Assembly (NCBI GenBank): GCA_043228905.1
Contig: JBHGNT010000016.1
Span: 62,001-126,000, forward strand
Direction of reading: 5' to 3'
Length of the DNA: 64,000 nt
From: Azolla caroliniana
Lineage: Eukaryota; Plantae; Polypodiophyta
Part shown: positions 45,001-56,700 of the stretch, in pieces
Position numbering within the stretch: position 1 is the first letter of the stretch
How the letters are laid out: each line of letters starts with the position of its first letter
The notes under the pieces: model-generated
What the model saw: the letters and a program-made list of their open reading frames with translations, nothing else
Told to the model about the DNA's origin: nothing
Database searches by the model: none
Made by a program: the position numbers and the translations under genes

Positions 45001-48000
45001 TATCATAGCTAGCGTTGTTAGCTTCGATATGCATGTTTGAACACAAAAATCCGATATCACACGAGCCAGGTATGAACATTTTAATTGACTCACGCACTCT
45101 TCTCAAGTCCCTCCTCAAATTTGCTAATTTCGTCATGTCTCTCGACCTAAGTTTCAAAATCTCGATTTTCTAATTCTATATCATAGCTAGCGTTGTTAGC
45201 TTCGATAGGCATGTTTGAACACAAAAATCCGATATCACACGAGCCAGGTATGAACATTTTAATTTGCTCACGCGCTATTCTCAAGTCCCTCCTCAAATTT
45301 GCTAATTTCTTCATGTCTCTCGACCTGAGTTTCAAAATCTTGATTTTCTAATTCTATATCATAGCTAGCGTTGTTAGCTTCGATACGCATGTTAGAACAT
45401 AAAAATCCGATATCACACGAGTGAGGTATGAACATTTTAATTGACTCACGCGCTCTTCTCAAGTCCCTCCTCAAATTAGCTAATTTCTTCATGTCTCTCG
45501 ACCTGAGTTTTAGAATCTCGATTTTTTAATTCGATATCATAGCTAGCGTTGTTAGCTTCGATAAGCATGTTTGAACACAAAAATCCGATATCACACGACC
45601 GAGGTATGAACATTTTAATTTGCTCACGCGCTCTTCTCAAGTCCCTCCTCAAATTTGCTAATTTCTTCATGTCTCTCAACCTGAGTTTCAAAATCTTGAT
45701 TTATTAATTCGATATCATAGCTAGCGTTGTTAGCTTCGATACGCATGTTTGAACACAAAAATCCGATATCACACGAGCCAGGTATGAACATTTTAATTGA
45801 CTCACGCGCTCTTCTCATCTCCCTCCTCAAATTTGCTAATTTCTTCATGTCTCTCGACCTGAGTTTCAAAATCTCGATTTTTGAATTCTATATCATAGCT
45901 AGCGTTGTTAGCTTCGATACGCATGTTTGAACACAAAAGCCGATATCACACGAGCCAGGTATGAACATTTTAATTTAGTCACGGGCTCTTCTAAAGTCCC
46001 TCCTCAAATTTGCTAATTTCTTCATGTCTCTCGGCCTGAGTTTCAAAATCTCGATTTTTTAATTCTATATCAGAGCTAGCGTTGTTAGCTTCGATACGCA
46101 TGTTTGAACACAAAAATCCGATATCACACGAGCCAGGTATGAACATTTTAATTTGCTCACGCGCTCTTCTCAAGTCCCTCCTCAAATTTGTTAATTTCTT
46201 CATGTCTCTCGACCTGAGTTTCAAAATCTTGATTTTTTAATTCTATATCATAGCTAGTGTTGTTAGCTTGGATACGCATCTTTGAACATAAAAATCCGAT
46301 ATCACACGAGTGAGGTATGAACATTTTAATTGACTCACGCGCTCTTCTCAAGTCCCTCCTCAAATTAGCTAATTTCTTCATGTCTCTCGACCTGAGTTTC
46401 AGAATGTCGATTTTTTAATTCGATATCATAGCTAGCGTTGTTAGCTTCGATACGCATGTTTGAACACAAAAATCCGATATCACACGAGCCAGGTATGAAC
46501 ATTTTAATTTGCTCACGCGCTCTTCTCAAGTCCCTTCTCAAATTTGCTAATTTCTTCATGTCTCTCGGCCTGAGTTTCAAAATTTCGATTTTTTAATTCC
46601 ATATCATAGCTAGCGTTGTTAGCTTCGATACGCATGTTTGAACACGAAAATCCGATATCACACGAGCCAGGTATGAACATTTTAATTGACTCACGCGCTC
46701 TTCTCAAGTCCCTCCTCAAATTTGCTAATTTCTTCATGTCTCTCGGCCTGAGTTTCAAAATTTCGATTTTTTAATTCCATATCATAGCTAGCGTTGTTAG
46801 CTTCGAGACGCATGTTTGAACACAAAAATCCGATATCACACGAGTGAGGTATGAACATTTTAATTGACTCACGCGCTCTTCTCAAGTCCCTCCTCAAATT
46901 AGCTAATTTCGTCATGTCTCTCGACCTGAGTTTCAAAATCTCGATTTTTTAATTCTATATATCATAGCTAGCGTTGTTAGCTTCGATACGCATGTTTGAA
47001 CACAAAAATCCGATATCACACGAGCCAGGTATGAACATTTTAATTTAGTCACGGGCTCTTGTCAACTCCCTCCTCAAATTTGCTAATTTCTTCATGTCTC
47101 TCGACCTGAGTTTCAAAATTTCGATTTTTTAATTCCATATCATAGCTAGCGTTGTTAGCTTCGATACGCATGTTTGAACACGAAAATCCGATATCACACG
47201 AGCCAGGTATGAACATTTTAATTGACTCACGCGCTCTTCTCAAGTCCCTCCTCAAATTTGCTAATTTCTTCATGTCTCTCGGCCTGAGTTTCAAAATTTC
47301 GATTTTTTAATTCCATATCATAGCTAGCGTTGTTAGCTTCGAGACGCATGTTTGAACACAAAAATCCGATATCACACGAGCCAGGTATGAACATTTTAAT
47401 TGACTCACGCGCTCTTCTCAAGTCCCTCCTCAAATTTGCTAATTTCGTCATGTCTCTCGACCTGAGTTTCAAAATCTCGATTTTTTAATTCTATATATCA
47501 TAGCTAGCGTTGTTAGCATCGATACGCATGTTTGAACACAAAAATCCGATATCACACGAGCCAGGTATGAACATTTTAATTTAGTCACGGGGTCTTCTCA
47601 AGTCCCTCCTCAAATTTGCTAATTTCTTCATGTCTCTCGACCTGAGTTTCAAAATCTCGATTTTTGAATTCTATATCATAGCTAGCGTTGTTAGCTTCGA
47701 TACGCATGTTTGAACACAAAAATCCGATATCACACGAGCCAGGTATGAACATTTTAATTGACTCACGCGCTCTTCTCAAGTCCCTCCTCAAATTTGCTAA
47801 TTTCGTCATGTCTCTCGACCTGAGTTTCAAAATCTCGATTTTTTAATTCTATATATCATAGCTAGCGTTGTTAGCATCGATACGCATGTTTGAACACAAA
47901 AATCCGATATCACACGAGCCAGGTATGAACATTTTAATTTAGTCACGGGCTCTTCTCAAGTCCCTCCTCAAATTTGCTAATTTCTTCATGTCTCTCGACC

Positions 48001-51000
48001 TGAGTTTCAAAATCTCGATTTTTGAATTCTATATCATAGCTAGCGTTGTTAGCTTCGATACGCATGTTTGAACACAAAAATCCGATATCACACGAGCCAG
48101 GTATGAACATTTTAATTGACTCACGCGCTCTTCTAAAGTCCCTCCTCAAATTTGCTAATTTCTTCATGTCTCTCGGCCTGAGTTTCAAAATCTTGATTTT
48201 TTAATTCTATATCAGAGCTAGCGTTGTTAGCTTCGATACGCATGTTTGAACATAAAAATCCGATATCACACGAGCCAGGTATGAACATTTTAATTGACTC
48301 ACGCGCTCTTCTCAAGTCCCTCCTCAAATTAGCTAATTTCTTCATGTCTGTCGACCTGAGTTTCAGAATGTCGATTTTTTAATTCGATATCATAGCTAGC
48401 GTTGTTAGCTTCGATACGCATGTTTGAACACAAAAATCCGATATCACACGAGCTAGGTATGAACATTTTAATTTACCTACTAGCGCTTGTCAACTCCCTC
48501 CTCAAATTTGCTAATTTCTGCATGTCTCTCGACCTGAGTTTCAAAATCTTGATTTTTTAATTCCATATCAGAGCTAGCGTTGTTAGCTTTGATTTGCATG
48601 TTTGAACACCGAAATCCGATAGCACACGAGCTAGGTATGAACATTTTAATTTACTAACGCGCTCTTCTCCACTACCTCCTCAAATTTGCTAATTTCTTCA
48701 TGTCTCTCGACCTGAGTTTCAAAATCTTGATTTTTTAATTCCATAACATAGCTAGCGCTGTTAGCTTCGATTCACATGTTTGAACACAAAAATCCGATAT
48801 CACACGAGCCACGGATGAACATTTTAATTTACCTACTAGCGCTTGTCAACTCCTTCCCCAAATTTGCTAATTTCTTCATGTCTCTCGGCCTGAGTTTCAA
48901 AATTTTGATTTTTTAATTCCATATCATAGCTAGCGTTGTGAGCTTCGATACGCATGTTTGAACATAAAAATCCGATATCACACGAGCCAGGTATGAACAT
49001 TTTAATTGACTCACGCGCTCTTCGCAAGTCCCTCCTCAAATTAGCTAATTTCTTCATGTCTCTCGACCTGAGTTTCAGAATGTCGATTTTTTAATTCGAT
49101 ATCATAGCTAGCGTTGTTAGCTTCGATACGCATGTTTGAACACAAAAATCCGATATCACACGAGCCAGGTATGAACATTTTAATTTGCTCACGCGCTCTT
49201 CTCAAGTCCCTTCTCAAATTTGCTAATTTCTTCATGTCTCTCGGCCTGAGTTTCAAAATTTTGATTTTTTAATTCCATATCATAGCTAGCGTTGTTAGCT
49301 TCGATACGCATGTTTGAACACGAAAATCCGACATCACACGAGCCAGGTATGAACATTTTAATTGACTCACGCGCTCTTCTCAAGTCCCTCCTCTAATTAG
49401 CTAATTTCTTCATGTCTCTCGGTCTGAGTTTCAAGATCTTGATTTTTTAATTCTATATCATAGCTAGCGTTGTTAGCTTCGATAGGCATGTTTGAACACA
49501 AAAATCCGATATCACACGAGCCAGGTATGAACATTTTAATTTGCTCACGCGCTCTTCTCAAGTCCCTCCTCAAATTTGCTAATTTCTTCATGTCTCTCGA
49601 CCTGAGTTTCAAAATCTCGATTTTTTAATTCTATATCATAGCTAGCGTTGTTAGCTTCGATACGCATGTTTGAACACAAAAATCCGATATCACACGAGCC
49701 AGGTATGAACATTTTAATTTAGTCACGGGCTCTTCTAAAGTCCCTTCTCAAATTTGCTAATTTCTTCATGTCTCTCGGCCTGAGTTTCAAAATTTTGATT
49801 TTTTAATTCCATATCATAGCTAGCGTTGTTAGCTTCGATACGCATGTTTGAACACGAAAATCCGACATCACACGAGCCAGGTATGAACATTTTAATTGAC
49901 TCACGCGCTCTTCTCAAGTCCCTCCTCTAATTAGCTAATTTCTTCATGTCTCTCGGTCTGAGTTTCAAGATCTTGATTTTTTAATTCTATATCATAGCTA
50001 GCGTTGTTAGCTTCGATAGGCATGTTTGAACACAAAAATCCGATATCACACGAGCCAGGTATGAACATTTTAATTTGCTCACGCGCTCTTCTCAAGTCCC
50101 TCCTCAAATTTGCTAATTTCTTCATGTCTCTCGACCTGAGTTTCAAAATCTCGATTTTTTAATTCTATATCATAGCTAGCGTTGTTAGCTTCGATACGCA
50201 TGTTTGAACACAAAAATCCGATATCACACGAGCCAGGTATGAACATTTTAATTTAGTCACGGGCTCTTCTAAAGTCCCTCCTCAAATTTGCTAATTTCTT
50301 CATGTCTCTCGGCCTGAGTTTCAAAATCTTGATTTTTTAATTCTATATCAGAGCTAGCGTTGTTAGCTTCGATACGCATGTTTGGACACGAAAATCCGAT
50401 ATCACACGAGCCAGGTATGAACATTTTAATTGACTCACGCGCTCTTCTCAAGTCCCTCCTCAAATTTGCTAATTTCTTCATGTCTCTCGACCTGAGTTTC
50501 AAAATCTTGATTTTTTAATTCCATAACATAGCTAGTGTTGTTAGCTTCGATTCACATGTTTGAATACAGAAATCCGATATCCCACGAGCCACGGATGAAC
50601 ATTTTAATTTACCTACTAGCGCTTGTCAACTCCCTCCTCAAATTTGCTAATTTCTTCATGTCTCTCGACCTGAGTTTCAAAATCTTGATTTTTTAATTCC
50701 ATAACATAGCTAGCATTGTTAGCTTCAATTCGCATGTTTGAACACAGAAATCCGGTATCACACGAGCCTGGTATGAACATTTAAATTTACTAACGCGCTC
50801 TTCTCCACTACGTCCTCAAATTTGCTAATTTCTTCATGTCTCTCGACCTGAGTTTCAAAATTTCGATTTTTTAATTCCATATCATAGCTAGCGTTGTTAG
50901 CTTCGATACGCATGTTTGAACACGAAAATCCGATATCACACGAGCCAGGTATGAACATTTTAATTGACTCACGCGCTCTTCTCAAGTCCCTCCTCAAATT

Positions 51001-53770
51001 TGCTAATTTCTTCATGTCTCTCGGCCTGAGTTTCAAAATTTCGATTTTTTAATTCCATATCATAGCTAGCGTTGTTAGCTTCGAGACGCATGTTTGAACA
51101 CAAAAATCCGATATCACACGAGCCAGGTATGAACATTTTAATTGACTCACGCGCTCTTCTCAAGTCCCTCCTCAAATTTGCTAATTTCTTCATGTCTCTC
51201 GGCCTGAGTTTCAAAATTTCGATTTTTTAATTCCATATCATAGCTAGCGTTGTTAGCTTCGAGACGCATGTTTGAACACAAAAATCCGATATCACACGAG
51301 TGAGGTATGAACATTTTAATTGACTCACGCGCTCTTCTCAAGTCCCTCCTCAAATTAGCTAATTTCGTCATGTCTCTCGACCTGAGTTTCAAAATCTCGA
51401 TTTTTTAATTCTATATATCATAGCTAGCGTTGTTAGCATCGATACGCATGTTTGAACACAAAAATCCGATATCACACGAGCCAGGTATGAACATTTTAAT
51501 TTAGTCACGGGCTCTTCTCAAGTCCCTCCTCAAATTTGCTAATTTCTTCATGTCTCTCGACCTAAGTTTCAAAATCTCGATTTTTGAATTCTATATCATA
51601 GCTAGCGTTGTTAGCTTCGATACGCATGTTTGAACACAAAAATCCGATATCACACGAGCCAGGTATGAACATTTTAATTTAGTCACGGGCTCTTCTAAAG
51701 TCCCTCCTCAAATTTGCTAATTTCTTCATGTCTCTCGGCCTGAGTTTCAAAATCTTGATTTTTTAATTCTATATCAGAGCTAGCGTTGTTAGCTTCGATA
51801 CGCATGTTTGGACACGAAAATCCGATATCACACGAGCCAGGTATGAACATTTTAATTGACTCACGCGCTCTTCTCAAGTCCCTCCTCAAATTTGCTAATT
51901 TCTTCATGTCTCTCGACCTGAGTTTCAAAATCTCGATTTTTGAATTCTATATCATAGCTAGCGTTGTTAGCTTCGATACGCATGTTTGAACACAAAAATC
52001 CGATATCACACGAGCCAGGTATGAACATTTTAATTGACTCACGCGCTCTTCTAAAGTCCCTCCTCAAATTTGCTAATTTCTTCATGTCTCTCGGCCTGAG
52101 TTTCAAAATCTTGATTTTTTAATTCTATATCAGAGCTAGCGTTGTTAGCTTCGATACGCATGTTTGAACATAAAAATCCGATATCACACGAGCCAGGTAT
52201 GAACATTTTAATTGACTCACGCGCTCTTCTCAAGTCCCTCCTCAAATTAGCTAATTTCTTCATGTCTGTCGACCTGAGTTTCAGAATGTCGATTTTTTAA
52301 TTCGATATCATAGCTAGCGTTGTTAGCTTCGATACGCATGTTTGAACACAAAAATCCGATATCACACGAGCTAGGTATGAACATTTTAATTTACCTACTA
52401 GCGCTTGTCAACTCCCTCCTCAAATTTGCTAATTTCTGCATGTCTCTCGACCTGAGTTTCAAAATCTTGATTTTTTAATTCCATATCAGAGCTAGCGTTG
52501 TTAGCTTTGATTTGCATGTTTGAACACCGAAATCCGATAGCACACGAGCTAGGTATGAACATTTTAATTTACTAACGCGCTCTTCTCCACTACCTCCTCA
52601 AATTTGCTAATTTCTTCATGTCTCTCGACCTGAGTTTCAAAATCTTGATTTTTTAATTCCATAACATAGCTAGCGCTGTTAGCTTCGATTCACATGTTTG
52701 AACACAAAAATCCGATATCACACGAGCCACGGATGAACATTTTAATTTACCTACTAGCGCTTGTCAACTCCTTCCCCAAATTTGCTAATTTCTTCATGTC
52801 TCTCGGCCTGAGTTTCAAAATTTTGATTTTTTAATTCCATATCATAGCTAGCGTTGTGAGCTTCGATACGCATGTTTGAACATAAAAATCCGATATCACA
52901 CGAGCCAGGTATGAACATTTTAATTGACTCACGCGCTCTTCGCAAGTCCCTCCTCAAATTAGCTAATTTCTTCATGTCTCTCGACCTGAGTTTCAGAATG
53001 TCGATTTTTTAATTCGATATCATAGCTAGCGTTGTTAGCTTCGATACGCATGTTTGAACACAAAAATCCGATATCACACGAGCCAGGTATGAACATTTTA
53101 ATTTGCTCACGCGCTCTTCTCAAGTCCCTTCTCAAATTTGCTAATTTCTTCATGTCTCTCGGCCTGAGTTTCAAAATTTTGATTTTTTAATTCCATATCA
53201 TAGCTAGCGTTGTTAGCTTCGATACGCATGTTTGAACACGAAAATCCGACATCACACGAGCCAGGTATGAACATTTTAATTGACTCACGCGCTCTTCTCA
53301 AGTCCCTCCTCTAATTAGCTAATTTCTTCATGTCTCTCGGTCTGAGTTTCAAGATCTTGATTTTTTAATTCTATATCATAGCTAGCGTTGTTAGCTTCGA
53401 TAGGCATGTTTGAACACAAAAATCCGATATCACACGAGCCAGGTATGAACATTTTAATTTGCTCACGCGCTCTTCTCAAGTCCCTCCTCAAATTTGCTAA
53501 TTTCTTCATGTCTCTCGACCTGAGTTTCAAAATCTCGATTTTTTAATTCTATATCATAGCTAGCGTTGTTAGCTTCGATATGCATGTTTGAACATAAAAA
53601 TCCGATGTCACACGAGTGAGGTATGAACATTTTAATTGACTCACGCGCTCTTCTCAAGTCCCTCCTCAAATTAGCTAATTTCTTCATGTCTCTCGACCTG
53701 AGTTTTAGAATCTCGATTTTTTAATTCGATATCATAGCTAGCGTTGTTAGCTTCGATACGCATGTTTGAA
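1..53770. repeat. Satellite subfamily A domain
   Basis: Diagnostic motifs are tt(ga/tg)ctcacgcgctcttctcaagtccc, tatcatagc, gatacgcatg and gagccaggtatg. Monomers differ by only a few recurrent substitutions. Confidence 0.92.
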
Positions 53771-56700
53771 CATTTTAATTTACTAACGCGCTCTTCTCCA
53801 CTACGTCCTCAAATTTGCTAATTTTTCATGTCTCTCGACCTGAGTTTCAAAATCTTGATTTTTTAATTCCATAACATAGCTAGCGCTGTTAGCTTCGATT
53901 CATATGTTTGAACACAAAAATCCGATATCACACAAGCCATGGATGAACATTTTAATTTACCTACTAGCACTTGTCAACTCCCTCTTCAAATTTGCTAATT
54001 TCTTGATGTCTCTCGACCTAAGTTTCAAAATCTTGATTTTTTAATTCCATAACATAGCTAGTGTTGTTAGCTTCGATTCACATGTTTGAATACAGAAATC
54101 CGATATCCCACGAGCCACGGATGAACATTTTAATTTACCTACTAGCGCTTGTCAACTCCCTCCTCAAATTTGCTAATTTCTTCATGTCTCTCGACCTGAG
54201 TTTCAAAATCTTGATTTTTTAATTCCATATCAGAGCTAGCGTTGTTAGCTACGATTCGCATGTTTGAACACAGAAAGCCGATATCACACGAGGTAGGTAT
54301 GAACATTTTAATTTACTAACGCGCTCTTCTCCACTACGTCCTCAAATTTGCTAATTTCTTCATGTCTCTCGACCTGAGTTTCAAAATCTTGATTTTTTAA
54401 TTCCATATCAGAGCTAGCGTTGTTAGCTTCGATTCGCATGTTTGAACACAGAAATCCGGTATCACACGAGCCTGGTATGAACATTTAAATTTACTAACGC
54501 GCTCTTCTCCACTACGTCCTCAAATTTGCTAATTTCTTCATGTCTCTCGACCTGAGTTTCAAAATCTTGATTTTTTAATTCCATAACATAGCTAGCGTTG
54601 TTAGCTTCGATTCGCATGTTTGAATACAAAAATCCGATATCACACGAGCCTGGTATGAACATTTTAATTTACTAACGCGCTCTTCTCCACTACGTCCTCA
54701 AATTTGCTAATTTCTTCATGTCTCTCCACCTAAGTTTAAAAATCTTGATTTTTTTATTCCATAACATAGCTAGCGCTGTTAGCTTCGATTCAAATGTTGG
54801 AACACAAAAATCCGATATCCCACGAGCCACGGATGAACAGTTTAATTTACCTACTAGCGCTTGTCAACTCCCTCCTCAAATTTGCTAATTCCTTCATGTC
54901 TCTCGACCTGAGTTTCAAAATCTTGATTTTTTAATTCCATAACATAGCTAGCGTTGTTAGCTTCGATTCGCATGTTTGAATACAAACATCCGATATCACA
55001 CGAGCCTGGTATGAACATTTTAATTTACTAACGCGCTCTTCTCCACTACGTCCTCAAATTTGCTAATTTCTTCATGTCTCTCCACCTAAGTTTAAAAATC
55101 TTGATTTTTTTATTCCATAACATAGCTAGCGCTGTTAGCTTCGATTCAAATGTTTGAACACAAAAATCCGATATCCCACGAGCCACGGATAAACAGTTTA
55201 ATTTACCTACTAGCGCTTGTCAACTCCCTCCTCAAATTTGCTAATTCCTTCATGTCTCTCGACCTGAGTTTCAAAATCTTGATTTTTTAATTCCATAACA
55301 TAGCTAGCGTTGTTAGCTTCGATTCGCATGTTTGAACACAGAAATCCGGTATCACACGAGCCTGGTATGAACATTTTAATTTACTAACGCGCTCTTCTCC
55401 ACTACGTCCTCAAATTTGCTAATTTCTTCATGTCTCTCAACCTGAGTTTCAAAATCTTGATTTTTTAACTCCATAACATAGCTAGCGTTGTTAGCTTCGA
55501 TTCGCATGTTTGAACACAGAAATCCGGTATCACACGAGCCTGGTATGAACATTTTAATTTACTAACGCGCTCTTCTCCACTACGTCCTCAAATTTGCTAA
55601 TTTCTTCATGTCTCTCGACCTGAGTTTTAAAATCTTGATTTTTTAATTCCTTATCAGAGCTAGCGTTGTTAGCTTCGATTCGCATGTTTGAATACAAAAA
55701 TCCGATATCACACGAGCCACGGATGAACATTTTAATTTACCTACTCGCGCTTGTCAACTCCCTCCTCAAATTTGCTAATTTCTTCATGTCTCTCGACCTG
55801 AGTTTCAAAATCTTGATTTTTTAATTCCATATCAGAGCTAGCGTTGTTAGCTACGATTCGCATGTTTGAACACAGAAAGCCGATATCACACGAGGTAGGT
55901 ATGAACATTTTAATTTACTAACGCGCTCTTCTCCACTACGTCCTCAAATTTGCTAATTTCTTCATGTCTCTCGACCTGAGTTTCAAAATCTTGATTTTTT
56001 AATTCCATATCAGAGCTAGCGTTGTTAGCTTCGATTCGCATGTTTGAACACAGAAATCCGGTATCACACGAGCCTGGTATGAACATTTAAATTTACTAAC
56101 GCGCTCTTCTCCACTACGTCCTCAAATTTGCTAATTTCTTCATGTCTCTCGACCTGAGTTTCAAAATCTTGATTTTTTAATTCCATAACATAGCTAGCGT
56201 TGTTAGCTTCGATTCGCATGTTTGAATACAAAAATCCGATATCACACGAGCCTGGTATGAACATTTTAATTTACTAACGCGCTCTTCTCCACTACGTCCT
56301 CAAATTTGCTAATTTCTTCATGTCTCTCCACCTAAGTTTAAAAATCTTGATTTTTTTATTCCATAACATAGCTAGCGCTGTTAGCTTCGATTCAAATGTT
56401 GGAACACAAAAATCCGATATCCCACGAGCCACGGATGAACAGTTTAATTTACCTACTAGCGCTTGTCAACTCCCTCCTCAAATTTGCTAATTCCTTCATG
56501 TCTCTCGACCTGAGTTTCAAAATCTTGATTTTTTAATTCCATAACATAGCTAGCGTTGTTAGCTTCGATTCGCATGTTTGAATACAAACATCCGATATCA
56601 CACGAGCCTGGTATGAACATTTTAATTTACTAACGCGCTCTTCTCCACTACGTCCTCAAATTTGCTAATTTCTTCATGTCTCTCCACCTAAGTTTAAAAA

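Noticed and set aside
2-56264. Hundreds of near-identical 60-119 aa ORFs (MKLRSRDMKKLANLRRDLRR...)
   Set aside because: They are translations of the satellite. 178 is not a multiple of 3, so the frame shifts every monomer. The ORFs overlap one another, stops appear freely among variants, and no protein domain is recognisable.
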